Source: Lytechinus pictus (taxonomy: Eukaryota). Taken from it: DNA of 64,000 nucleotides. Position numbers and translations under genes: made by a program. Every line of letters starts with the position of its first letter. Position 1 is the first letter of the stretch. The notes under the pieces were generated by a model. That model was not told where the DNA came from, searched no databases, and saw only the letters and a list, made by a program, of their open reading frames with translations. Below, piece after piece: positions 11,311 to 24,955 of the stretch. The DNA is taken from positions 33,978,001-34,042,000 of the forward strand of contig NC_087251.1 in NCBI RefSeq assembly GCF_037042905.1, in the 5' to 3' direction.

Positions 11311-13516
11311 TTTTTTATAAATCACAACAAACTACATAGCTATTGGTCAGTAATGAGATAAACTTGAATTGTTTTAATTTCAAAGATGCCCTAAAGCCCC
11401 TTATCCATGCTTATAATGAATGGTTTTTATTCTAACTAATCATTTACAGATGTTTTGGTCTGAAATGTGACTATAAACTCTTGCAACGAACGTGAGATGG
11501 GTTTTTATTACTTTTTTACGCATAAACCTCTGTATAAGCCCTTTCATTGGAATTTTTATTTTGATAATACTCATGTAATGTACACTCTATTAACGAAAGT
11601 GCAATCTGTGTTTTATTGCTTCTATGCACTATTATCATCTACAGAATTCTTTTTTTCATATTTTAATCCATTGATATTACATTTTAGGAAGTGACTACTA
11701 TACAAAACACAATACCTATCAAACATTAATTAATTTACAATATAATTACAATCATTGCATACATCATTGTTAAGTGCAGTGGTACAAATATTATTCCAGT
11801 CATCTGTTAAGAATAATTTCTTCGCATTAAAAACATTAATTATATATCTGTTGTTATGCTGGACAAACATTTAATTTTGTCAGACCTCATACACAATTGA
11901 TGTAATTTATTTTACTATTGATAATACATATTCATGACAATAGAGTCATTTTTAAAACTACAGAAATGTTGATAAAAAACCCTGCCTTTCTGTGCAATGG
12001 TAATAAGAAAATATTTCTTTGGCTGTGTATACTTTATTAGGCTATGATATATTATTTTTTATCAATTTTTTTTCTTCAATACTCACCATTTCTCACTTTG
12101 CTTTAAATTAGATAACTTACATTATGATGGTATAAATACCTGTTCTCTAATGGACATAAAACTTGTGTATTTTATCATTCATCTCAAGTAATATTTAGTA
12201 AGTCCTATATTATGTCCTCAAGTTAGGTGTATTGTTCGATTCATCGTATATTATTGAAAGAAGAGTTTGATCAAGCCGATGATCTTGGATTACAGAGTAT
12301 ATAAATATTTTTTTGTTAAAAGATGTTCCATGTTTCACAGTAATGTACATCAAGTTTGAGAACCTCCCAATTCGTTTATGTGTCAGCAATGTTCTGTTGT
12401 TTTGAGGAGTTCAACTTTTTTTTTTCTTCTAAATTTGCAGTCTTGTATATGTTTTGTTATAGTTTAATTAAATATTTGATTGATTAGTGTCATAATTTTA
12501 ATTAACACTTTTCCTCACCCCCTCCCCCAACCATCAAAGGATAATCTGTGATTCTCTGTCCATTTACGTTTGTTATTATTCCTTTTTTTTTTTCTAACCG
12601 ATAAAGATTTCCGGATTGCCTATTTAGATCAAATTTGAAATTTCATTGAAAGCTACATTTCATAGCTTTGTTACACTTCATACATTATTCAGATAAAGCA
12701 CATAGATAAATCTCTCTTATTTATTCCATGTTATTTGTGTTATGGTGGAAATAGAGCCTCATTTACATTTATTGAATAAATTATGTACATTATTTTTAAA
12801 CATGTAACAGTTATTTTTACAGATTCATATACCAAATTATGGCATTTTTATTGATTGGGTACATGGCTATTTATGTTTCTTAATTTCATGTGGAATATAT
12901 TATTGATTATTTTAATATCTTTTATTGTGTAATGCTTTTCAGCGGTCCATGTGGGTGCTAAATACTGATTGGTGTTCCCAATAAAAAAAGTTAATAAAAG
13001 TTTCCAGGCAAGTCTTGATTCAGACCCTTGCAATTCATTTTAAGGCCAAATATGATAGGTTTGGTGATTTTCATGAATCACTGTTCCTTTTTTCACAAAA
13101 CTTGATGGGAACAGATGCTTGAAGTATTTTATAAGTTTGTACCAATGCTTGATCTTATAGCTTAGAACACTACTTTCTAAATTAATGACTAGTTTTATCA
13201 AACAGGGATTTGATGAATTAAATAAAGATGGATATTTCATAAATGGATTAATTCAAGACTCTTATCTTTTATCATTAGTACAATATTCCTAGCAATACTA
13301 GTTATTAATGCTAGTTATTGTCATTATCATTATTTTCATGACAATGTGCATCATCTACCAGCATTTGACAAGTCAGATTCTGTTTAAACCATGCTAGTAT
13401 ACATCCAAGGCTTTCAATGTTGGCGTTCGACTTTCGTGTTGCTATCTGATGGTATTCAGAATATATTTTGAGATTCTTGTTTCAAGCGCAGTCCTGAGAA
13501 TGATTTTGTGCTATCC

Positions 13517-13668
13517 TGGGTCCCGTTTCATAAAGGCTTCCTATAATAACAAATGCACACTTTCTTGAACAAGTCTACTATCAGCCAATCAAATTGAATG
13601 ATTTCAGTAGCTTTTAACTGTTATTGCAAATTTGTTATTACAATAAGTTTTATGAAAAGGGCCCCCTG
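13517..13668. mobile_element. MITE; second copy of the family at ~62594-62725
   Basis: TIRs GGGTCCCGTTTCATAAA / TTTATGAAAAGGGCCCC; both copies share TACTATCAGCCAATCAAATTGAA.GATTTCAGTAGCTTT. Confidence 0.7.
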
Positions 13669-13813
13669 GTCAATGTCTATATTTTCATGCATTGTACATG
13701 ACAGAATGAAGTTTGCATGCAAAAGCTCCTGTCTCGTTTATTTGGTTTATGTTCACTTTGTCTCCAAGCAGTTGGTCTATTTCTCAGTCTATTACCACAT
13801 GGGCTGAACTCAT

Positions 13814-14073
13814 CTGGGCCCCGTCTTACAAAGAGTTACGATTGATCCAATCAACCTTATGTATATGGAAATCCATCAGTGTCGTAATTTTTTCTTTTGG
13901 ATATATGCTCAAAGAGAAGCACACTGAATTGTAAAGAAAACAGTGAATGTATGAATAGACGTCATTTCTAGAAAACATTTTGAACAAACATGTATCTTAG
14001 ATGTTGACGTTGCTGGCTTTCCATAGTTGCGATTGATCGGATCAATTGCATCTCTTTGTAAGACAGGTCCCAG
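13814..14073. mobile_element. MITE (Harbinger-like termini)
   Basis: TIRs CTGGGCCCCGTCTTACAAAGAG / CTCTTTGTAAGACAGGTCCCAG. Confidence 0.75.
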
Positions 14074-14849
14074 GTTTTGTCAATTTGATCTAATTGTCAT
14101 TTGGCCTGCACTTCACTTGGTTGAATTCTCATTGGTCTAATCTGCCCAGATGGTCTAATTTCCAGTGTCTGCCAATCATTTTGCACTTTCAAATGAAGAG
14201 TTAATATGTAAACACTTTACCTGGTCACAGACACTCGAGTGGTGGTAGGCCACGTAGATAGATGAAATGGGTCGAACCTGACTGGAAATTAGACAAAATG
14301 ACAAATGGGCTATAATACGGAAATTAAGAGACAGACTGGTTTTAATGATTTGACCATACAGGATGAGATCGAATGGAAAGAAGACAAAGTGGGTAATAGA
14401 CCAAGTAGCAATTACCTGAAGTCGTCGATTACTTTCAGTATGTGGTGAAGGTGTATGATTATTGTGTTAATATTATGCAATAAAGATGGTGTATATTGAA
14501 ATTAAATCTATAAATTAGTATCTGATTTTACTTCCAGTATTCTCCATGATTTCTGGGTTTGGACTGGTTGGCTTATATACAGGTAGTCATAAACTAGTCC
14601 CTCCCCTGCCCCCCCCCCCCCCCCCCCTCCCCACAAAATATGGGAAGAAGGGTAAAGGGAGAGAGGAAAAGGAGAGAGAAAGAGGTGAGGGTTAAGAAAA
14701 GGAATAGGAAACAGAAAGGGAAGGAAGAAAGCAAGGACGAGGGGAAATGAGATAAGGGGGATGCAGAAAGAAAGAAAATAAAAAGATGCTAGAAAAGGGA
14801 AAGAGAAAGAAAAGGAAAACAGAATTGGAGGGGGAAAGAGAGGCCGTGG

Positions 14850-17840
14850 GGAGGGGGCAAATAAAGAGGATGCCAGTGGATATTGGGGCAGAGAGATATA
14901 GCAAGATACAGGGCGTGGATAGGAAAAGGGAGATAGCTAGGGGTACAAACATCTAGGATGCCAGTGGATGGAGTAGAGAGATATAGGGGGGCTAACATTG
15001 AGGATGCCAGTGGATGGGGTAGAGAGATATAGAGGGGGGGGGGGGGGGGCTAACATTGAGGATGCCAGTGGATGGAGTAGAGAGATATAGGGGGGCTAAC
15101 ATTGAGGATGCCAGTGGAAAGGGGCAGAGAGATAGAGGGGGGGGGGGGCAAACATTGAGGATGATAGTGGATAGGGAAAGAGAGATAGGGGCAAACATTG
15201 AGGATGCCAGTGGATGGGGTAGAGAGATATAGAGGGGGGGCTAACATTGAGGATGCCAGTGGATAGGAGCAGAGATAAAGAAAGATAGGACGAGGAACCA
15301 TATAGGACGTCAGTGGATAGAGGGGGCAAACAGAGAATGCTAGTGGAAATATAGGCAGAGGGATAGAGGGGGAACCATGTATGTCAGAGGATATGGGGTA
15401 GAGAGATATAGAGGGGGCGGGGGCTAACATTGAGGATGCCAGTAAATAGGGACAGAGAGATAAAGAGAGATGGGGGAGGCAAACAAATATATATATATGG
15501 ATAAATGCAGATCTAGAGATAGGGGCAGGATAGTTGGTAAAGGAATTATCAACTGTGACCAGCGAGGCATTTTGCATGCATGACGCTTTACTAATTCCAT
15601 TTTCTTCTGTGATATGGATTGAGGGGGGGGGGCAGAATATGCCAGTGGAAATAGGCAGAGAGATAGTGAGGGGCAAACTTAGATATCAGTGGAAAGGGAG
15701 AGAGAAGTTAGAGGGGGCAAACAGAGGATGCCAGTGGAAATAGGCAGAGTTATAGTGAAGGGGCAAACTTAGATATCAGTGGATAGGGAGAGAGAAAGAG
15801 ATAAGGGGGCAAACAGAGGATGCCAGTAGAGATAAAGGGAGATAGTGAGGGGGCAAACATAGGTATCAGTGGATAGGGAGAGATAGAGGGGGGGGGGGGG
15901 ATATATGATGTCAGTGGATAGAGGGGGGCAAACAGAGGATGCCAGCTCGTGGAGATAGGCAGAGATATAACAAGGGGGCAAACACAGACATCAGTGGATA
16001 GGGAAAGATAGAGGGGGGATATATGATGTAAGTGGATAGAGGGGGGGGGGGGCAAACAGAGGATGCCAGTGGAAATAGGCAGAGAGTTAGTGAGGGGGCA
16101 AACATATATATAAGTGGATAAGGAGAGATAGAGGGGGTATATATGATGTCAGTGGGTAGAGGGGGGCAAACAGAGGATGCCAGTGGAAATAGGCAGAGAG
16201 ATAGTGAGGGGGCAAACAAATAAAAGTGGATAAGGAGAGAGCCCAGGAGAGAGAAAGAGATAGAGTCGGGTCATATAGGATGTCAGTGGAAAGAGGGGGG
16301 GGGGGCAAACAGAGGATGCCAGTGGAAAGAGGGGGGGGGGGGCAAACAGAGGATGCCAGTGGAAATAGGCAGAGAGATAGTGAGGGGGCAAACATAAATA
16401 AAAGTGGATAAGGAGAGAGCCCGGGAGAGAGAAAGAGATAGTCTGGTCATATAGGATGTCAGTGGATAGAGAGGGGGGGGGGCAAACAGAGGATGCCAGT
16501 GGAAATAGGCAGAGATAACAAGGGGGCAAACATAGATATCAGTGGATAGGGAAAGATAGAGGGGGGATATATGATGTCAGTGGATAGAGGGGGGGGGGCA
16601 AACAGAGGATGCCAGTAGAAATAGGCAGAGATAGTGAGGGGGCAAACATAAATATAGGTGGATAAGGAGAGATAGAGGGGGTATATATGATGTCAGTGGG
16701 TAGAGGGGGGCAAACAGAGGATGCCAGTGGAAATAGGCAGAGAGATAGTGAGGGGGCAAACAAATAAAAGTGGATAAGGAGAGAGCCCAGGAGAGAGAAA
16801 GAGATAGAGTCGGGTCATATAGGATGTCAGTGGAAAGAGGGGGGGGGGGGGCAAACAGAGGATGCCAGTGGAAAGAGGGGGGGGCAAACAGAGGATGCCA
16901 GTGGAAATAGGCAGAGAGATAGTGAGGGGGCAAACATAAATAAAAGTGGATAAGGAGAGAGCCCGGGAGAGAGAAAGAGATAGTCTGGTCATATAGGATG
17001 TCAGTGGATAGAGAGGGGGGGGGGCAAACAGAGGATGCCAGTGGAAATAGGCAGAGATAACAAGGGGGCAAACATAGATATCAGTGGATAGGGAAAGATA
17101 GAGGGGGGATATATGATGTCAGTGGATAGAGGGGGGGGGGGCAAACAGAGGATGCCAGTAGAAATAGGCAGAGATAGTGAGGGGGCAAACATAAATATAG
17201 GTGGATAAGGAGAGAGAAAAAGATAATCTGGTCATATAGGATGTCAGCGGATAGAGAGGGGGGTCAAACAGAGGATGCCAGTGGAAATAGGCAGAGATAA
17301 CAAGGGGGCAAACATAGATATCAGTGGATAGGGAAAGATAGAGGGGGATATATGTCAGTGGATAGAGGGGGGGGGGGCAAACAGAGGATGCCAGTGGAAA
17401 TAGGCAGAGATAATGAGGGGGCAAACAAATAAAAGTGGATAAGGAGAGAGCCCAGGAGAGAGAAAGAGATAGAGTCGGGTCATATAGGATGTCAGTGGAA
17501 AGAGGGGGGGGGGGGGCAAACAGAGGATGCCAGTGGAAAGAGGGGGGGGGGGCAAACAGAGGATGCCAGTGGAAATAGGCAGAGAGATAGTGGGGAGGCA
17601 AACATAAATAAAAGTGGATAAGGAGAGAACCCGGGAGAGAGATAGAGTCTGGTCATATAGGATGTCAGTGGATAGAGGGGGGGGGGTGGCAAACAGAGGA
17701 TGCTAGTAGAAAAAGGCAGAGATAAAGGGAGATAGTGAGGGGGCAAACTTAGATATCAGTGGATAGGAGCAGAGATAGTAAAGGTATCAGTCAATGGGGG
17801 AGAGAGATAGAAGGAAACCATAGATGCCAGTGGATAGATG
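14850..17840. repeat. Purine-rich complex minisatellite with higher-order structure
   Basis: Dozens of GAGGATGCCAGTGGA / GGGGGCAAACA / TCAGTGGATAG subunits and G-runs; marker GCCCAGGAGAGAGAAAGAGATAGAGTCGGG at ~16241, ~16785 and ~17450. Confidence 0.92.
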
Positions 17841-19249
17841 CAGATAAAGAGATATGGGCATGAAAGGTGGACGGACATCAACTGACCAGTGAGGCCTCGT
17901 TTGCTTTTTTTTTTACGAATTATTTTCTTGTGCAATATTTTAACATAAAGGCGAGACAGAAATACCTGTCCATGGCTACATCATTCACTCAATTTACCAA
18001 TCTAATTTCACCCTCCCACAGCAACACCAAAAAGCCACATTCAACAATTCCCTACAAATATTCATGGTCAACCCCCGTTATACATTCAGGACTTTTCTGA
18101 AAGGGTTTACTATAGAGTTGGTAGACTTTCAAATCGATTTAAATTCCTAACTCATTAGGGGGTGGATATAATTAATAAAGGTTTGGATCTTTCCGAAAGG
18201 TGCATCTAAAATTATTCACCAAACTGCACAAATCCTCTATTTCAACACACCAAACTGTACACAAATTCCAAAAAATTATCCGCAATGTCATTCAGACGGG
18301 TGAAACAGACTCTAAATTGGTCATTTCCAAATAGAACATCCAAATACAAGCTCAAACACTATCACACCCACATTACAGAAGGTAAGAGAGGCAGGGTATT
18401 ATGTCGTCATATGCATAGTACATCATCCTACTTCTTTCAACTTCGATAAACATGAGCCACTTCCAATGCTACACCAAAATGAATACAAGTTCATCACAAT
18501 TCAGGCACATAACCAAGTCGCATCACACACATTCATCATTGCCATTATACATGTCAAAAGTCCAATCTTTGTCACGAAAGCACTTTTTACCATCACTCTC
18601 ATCCGAACACAAAGACATCGGAATAAAATAAACAAAAGCTAAGCATATTCCTGTTTCATTTCTTTTATTATGTTAAGTGTAATGCCACAAGTGGCTTCCG
18701 ATACAGCAAAATTACAAACAGGATTTTTTTTTTTTCAGTTTCATTTCAATTTTTTTTTTTTTTTGTCAAATGAAAATATTTCAAGGGACTAACAATGTCA
18801 AATATGGGGACAAAGGGGGAACCGTTTGACTGCCAAATAGCTGCATCCCGACAGTGAAAAAACCTGGGAAAACCCTTACTTTGGGGACAAAAGCCAGGAA
18901 AAACCGCCAAGATGCAGCGTACAGCCAACTAGTTTTAAAAAACATAAAGGTTCAAATAGATAAATAAAAGATTTGAACAGAGAAAAGTAAAGCTGATCGT
19001 AGTACAGAGTAAGGAGTCAGATCAGAAAAAATATGCTAGTAGCAATTGGTTAAAAAAATGTTCAACATGAACAGACCAAGTTGCAACATGAAGCAGTAAA
19101 AACTTTTTTTTTTTAAATCTCAAATAAAATTTAAATACGTAACCAGTATCCACTGGATGCCTTTAGGGCAATTACAATAGAGAGAAAACGGTAAAATAAG
19201 GAAAACTAAGTCACAAACTTTGACAGTCGCAATATCGTAAATAAGGACT

Positions 19250-22200
19250 AACAGTCCAGAGGATTGAAGAATGCATCAGAAATTTTCCAACATTAAATCA
19301 AGTAAGTGTATACGGAACAAATGAATTAGATTTGAGAATTTGATTATCAAGAACATTGACATTAATAACAATTAACCAGGTGACTATTTGGCTTTTCCAT
19401 ACAATATTTGTTTTGGGTTATTACAATTCTTAAATTTCTTGGATTTTTTATTCGCACTGCAAAAAGGAGTGACAAATGTTAAACTTTTGAATATGGAACA
19501 GCAAATTACAATATATCATGAACAATATCAAGTAAAAGAATCCCAATTCATCTTTGCTTTATCGCCTGGCAAAATAAATGTTTCTCCTTGTTCGACTTTC
19601 CATAAATATTCAAAAACTTTTTTTGTAATATATGTATTTTGTGTTACTCTCATAGCTAATTTCCACTCCCCCTTTCACTCGTTCTTGAATTGAACATATT
19701 TTTTTGTGTCCCAACATATTTTCATTTTGAATATGCATGTACACCTAACAATTACTGGACACTCAGTATAAGATGTTTCAAAGACAATTTGTAACTGAAC
19801 TTTATAAAAGTCTTGAATTCTAAGTCAAATATACATTATATATAGAAAACTATCAATACATTCTAATAAATACTCACAATTTAAATATTTCGTATTTTTT
19901 TAGATGAAGATACTAAATATAATTTTTAGTCCCTGTATTAAACTAGGAGTAAAGATCAATTGTATACATGAAATAAACAATTATTTTAATTTGTATTTGA
20001 CATCAGTTTACCAAAAGCTCAAAAAAACATTTTAAACTTTGTTAATGCATTGGTTTTTTTTTCAAAATGAAGATGCATAACAATATTTTGTATTTCTATC
20101 CAACTAAATTCTAATGTAAAATGTCCCAAGGACTTGTAACAATATATTTTTTTTCCCTTTTCCAACAATAAATCAAGTGTATACGATACCGAACAAAATT
20201 AAGATTTTCATGAATCAGACATTTTACTATTGAACTGATTTGGCATTATCAAGAACATTGATATTAATGACAATTAACCAAGTGCCTATTTGGCTAGTTC
20301 TGCAATTCAAAACAATATTTGTTTTTGTCTATTACAATTATTGAAATAATCTGATTTTCAATTGCACTGCAGAAATAAATGACAAATTTTTAACTTTTGA
20401 ATAATGAACAGCAAATAATCTATCATGGACAATTTCTAATTAGAAATTAAATTCCTTTGCTTTATCACCTGGCAAAATAAACATTTCTACTTGTGTTCAA
20501 CTATGCAATTTATATTATTTTTAAATATATGTATTTTGTTTTACTCACAAAGCTAATTTATCTTTTTTCACTCATTCTTGACGGACGTCTGTGTTCCAAC
20601 AGATTTTTATTTTAAATATAAATGTACACCTGGATACCCGTTTTACATTATGATTTGCTAATCAAGATTAGATCACTTGTATAAAATTAGTTTCAAAGAC
20701 GATTTGTAACATGAACTTTATAAGTCAGGTTTTGAAAAAAAGAAATTTAACCAAATGTAAGGAAATAGCACAATTTTTTACGTGTCACTTTAGATGACAA
20801 AAACGGGTGGAAAAAACCTAATGTCTACACTAAATTTCCAAAATATTAGCTTTTAATCTTCAACTTGATGAAAGTATTGGGCATGTAATAAGTAATCTGA
20901 ATTCAAGTCAAATATACATTTCAAATAGAAAACTATCTTCTATACATTCTCATAAAGAATAATCACAATTTAAATATTTCACATTTTTCGGGATGAAGAT
21001 GATATTATTAGTCTCTGTATTAAACTATGAGTAATCATTTCAGTATTATCTTGAATGGAAATTTGTATCTGAAGGTTAGCTGTATACATGAAATAAAATC
21101 GTTTTTAATTTGCCGAGTAGAAAAAAATGCTTGTAACCCAATTTGTATTTGACATCAGTTTACCAAAAAGGCCACAAATTTTTTAATACTTTATTAATGC
21201 ATTTTCTTTTTTTCAAAATGAAGATGCATAACAATATTTTGTATTTCTATCAAACTGAATTCCAATGTAAAATGTCCCAAGGACTTGTAACAATACATTT
21301 TTTTTCCTTTTCCAACAATAAATCAAGTAAGTGAATACCGACATTTTACTATTAAACTTTTTACTTTTGAACAGATTATGCATGATCAAGAACATTGACA
21401 TTAATGACAATCAACCAAGTGCCTATTTGGCTTTTCCATACATAGGATGAAGTACAGTTGAACTTAATGCAGTTCAGTTAAAATAAAATGTTTTTCATCA
21501 TTTCTTGTTCTGCAATTAAAAAAAAATATTTGTTTTTGTTTATTACAATTATTGAAATTATTGGATTTTTCAATTGCCCTGCAGAAACGAGCGACAAATT
21601 TGACTTTTGAATAACGAACAGCAAATACCAATGTATCATGAACAATTTCAAGTTAGAAATTAAATTCCTCTTTGCTTTATCACCTGGCAAAATAAATATT
21701 TCTACTTGTTCAACTATGCAGTTTATATTAAAAAACTTTATTTTTAAATATATGTATTTTGTTTTACTCACAGAGCTAATTTCTTTTTTTTTCCCACTCA
21801 TTCTTGAAGAACGTTTTTGTGTTCCAACAAATTTTTATTTTGAATATACATGTACACCTAACGATTACTGGATTCCTGTTTTCAATTATAATGATTTGCT
21901 AATCAAGATTAGATCACTTGTATAAGACTTGTTTCAAAGACAATTTGTAACATGAACAGGTTTCGAAAACAGAAACGATTCAATCAAATGTAAGGAAATT
22001 GCAAGATTTATAACCATCTGTGACATATTACTCTAAAAAAGAAAATATAACCATTTGCAGAGTATTAAGTTACTTTGTTTCACTATGATTTCCAATACTT
22101 TAGAAATGTGTACCCATCTGGCTTGGAAACGGGGAAAATAACTTTTCCATATTCAAATAAATCAATGTCACTATAAGCTTTAATAAGCTTTGTCGGCTTT

Positions 22201-23900
22201 TCAAAATTTCAAATATTTAAGACAATTTGATTTAAATTTATTTACATTTTATACAACAAAAGAACTGTTCACACTTTTTCCACACAAAGTAGTTTTTGGC
22301 TGGTTGGTTTTGATAAGATACAAAGTAAGTTCCACATTTTAATCTACATTAAACTCACACTTTGTAACTAGAGCGTTTTCCTACATAACCAAAAAAGAAA
22401 TTAAATCTAAATTTCAAATGATAGGCTTTTGTCTTTTCAAGGTTTTAACATTTTTTTTCCACATTAGAAGCTTGTGATTTGATTTTTCTGTTATTTCTTT
22501 TCATCTTGAAACATAGACACATTGAACATTTGGAATAACATACCTTCCAACAAAATAATAACTTCCAGAAAGATTTTTTTCTTTCATAATACTGCAATAA
22601 TAGTTACATTTATATAGCCCATAATACTAGATGTTTCTAGGGGCTTTTAGACCGTTAACATCTTTCTCAATTCTGAAATTTGTTGGTGTTTTTATTTCTT
22701 TACAATAAACACTTTTCCATACCAATTAAAAAATTTACCTTTTTTTAATTCAGATTCATACTAATTCAATTCAGATTCATACTAACAAAAGAATCAACCT
22801 CAACAGTTTCTACAAGCTTCAGTGACCAAAAACAGTTTTTACTACAAAGAGACATTCTCATGGAGTTTTTTTTTTTCTTCAATTTTTATGGTAATCTGAA
22901 TTAACAGGGTTTCCCCCTTGTCAATTAAATGTTAAAAATTGCAATAATTTTGCAAACTAGAGAGAATATGGAAATATCCTTTGTTAAAGTTTCGAGGCTT
23001 AAAAATGGGGGAGGGGGGAATTAAATTTCTTAACCTAATTTCCAAAATTTTATTATTTTCTAAATGCTAGCTTTTCATCTATAACTGAATGAAAACAAGT
23101 ATTGGGCCATAATAAACCTGAATTTGAAATGAAATGTTTGACTCACTCATATTACTCGACAATAACATTTCAAATAGAAAACTACTTCTATACATTCTTA
23201 TAAAGAATACTCACTATTTGAATATGTTGCATTTTTCGAAATGAAGATGCTTAACATTATTTTGAGCCTCTGAATTAAATAGGAGTAATCGTTTCAGCAA
23301 CATCTTGAATGGAAAATTGTTTATGCAGGTAAGTTGTTTGATGTTTTTTTATCCTCGTAATTTGTCTAGTTGAAAAAAAAAATACTTGTAACCCAATTTG
23401 TATATGACATCAGTTTACCAAAGCCAACTTTTCTTTTTACTTTATAAATGCATTCTTGTACTAGTAATTTTATAACATTTTGTGTTTTTGAAGATGCATA
23501 ATACCTGTATTTTGTGTTTGTATCAATCTGGGGTAAGTTTCAGCAATCTTTAAACAGAAAATGTATTCCTTAAATTTTCGAAGACCTACTTAAAATGCAA
23601 AAATTTACTGTTTCTATGTGGTCTAGTAAAAAAAATTGCTTGCAACTACTATTTCTACGATTTACAAAAATGTGAATTCTTTTTACTTATGATAAAATTC
23701 TATATCAAATTCCTTGCAAATAAATCACTGCTCACAAATGAAATGACTTCAATACATTCTTATAAAGAATACTCACAAATGTTAAGTTCACATTCAAGAT
23801 GAAGTACAATTTTTTTATTCTGTTCTTTGAATCAAAGAGAAATGATTTTAAAGAGAAATAATCTTGAAAATCGCAAACCGAAAATCCTTTTTATATTGAA
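19250..23900. repeat. Diverged ~0.9-1.2 kb tandem duplications (AT-rich, coding-like on -)
   Basis: Markers CCTGGCAAAATAAA at 19565/20468/21683 and CATCAGTTTACCAAA at 20001/21153/23408. Confidence 0.85.
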
Positions 23901-24405
23901 GTCTATTCATTTTTTTAAATATAAATATATATCTCGTCTCTTTTGTACAACTGTATCCAAATATTATAAGAGCTGAAATGAAATAGCTTGCAACCAAAAT
24001 TGTATATGATGACATAACCCTAAGAAACATTTTAGAAGGGGACTAATTTTCAATTTTGAAAGAAAAGTGCATATGACAGTTAGCAATTAGGATATATATT
24101 TTTTCAAATCTTTTTAAAGTTTGCAGATGTGTTCAGTGATCAAAGAAATCATTTTGAAGGTGACTTTCTAATTTTTGTAAGTTGGGCCATATTTTTTTGT
24201 TTCAGCCTTTCAGGTACTGAAATGAGAGATATATCATATTCTATGCGAATAAAAACGAGCACACAAGATCAGAGCATGACATAGATGCTAGTTAGCCAAT
24301 ACATTGGTCAAAAGCAATCATGTTAATCCATATAAAAGGCAATTTGATAAAAATTTACAATATTTTGCTGTAATCTCTATTGCAAGATATGTTGCTACTA
24401 CCCAA

Positions 24406-24955
24406 TCCTGGAAACCACCATTTTCCCCTGGAAACCCACTGCAACCCTGGACACCGCCAGTGCTCCCTGGTAACCATCCATACAATCCTGGACACTGCCG
24501 CTTGACCCTAGAAATCATGCCACCCTTGAAACCGCCACAAGACCCTGGACATCGTCGCCGCTCCCTGGACACCAACGCTGCTCCCTGGAAACCGCCGTCA
24601 CTGCTCCCTGGACACCACCACTGATCCCTGGAACCACCGCCACTGGAAACCGCCGCTGCTCCCTGGACACCATCGCTGCACCCTAGAAACCACCGCCACC
24701 GCTCCCTGGACAACACTGCTACACCCTGGACACCGCCACTGCTCCCTGGACACCATCGCTGCACCCTAGAAAACACCGCCACTGGACCCCGCCGCTGCTT
24801 CCTGGACACCATCGCTGCACCCTGGAAACCACCGCCACTGGACCCTGCCGCTGCTTCCTGGAAACCGCCGCCATTGATCCCACGACACCATCAGACCCTG
24901 GAAACTATCGCCAGACCCTGGACACTAAGAACCGCCAAGACTCCCTGGAAACCAG
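24406..24955. repeat. ~20-nt GC-rich minisatellite (consensus ~CCTGGACACCGCCGCTGCTC), roughly 25-30 units
   Basis: CCTGGA(A/C)AC recurs every ~16-23 nt. Confidence 0.9.

Noticed and set aside
14575..14615. Left TIR of the putative KDZ element pairing with ~37060-37103
   Set aside because: Only loose CAG...CCCT...CCCC similarity and no target-site duplication.
14692..17746. Many Pro/Leu/Ser-rich ORFs on -
   Set aside because: Artefacts of the pyrimidine-rich satellite strand; they overlap in all frames.
24406..24955. CRISPR-like repeat/spacer array
   Set aside because: Units are ~20 nt in total, the variable parts are related to each other, the context is eukaryotic and there are no cas genes.
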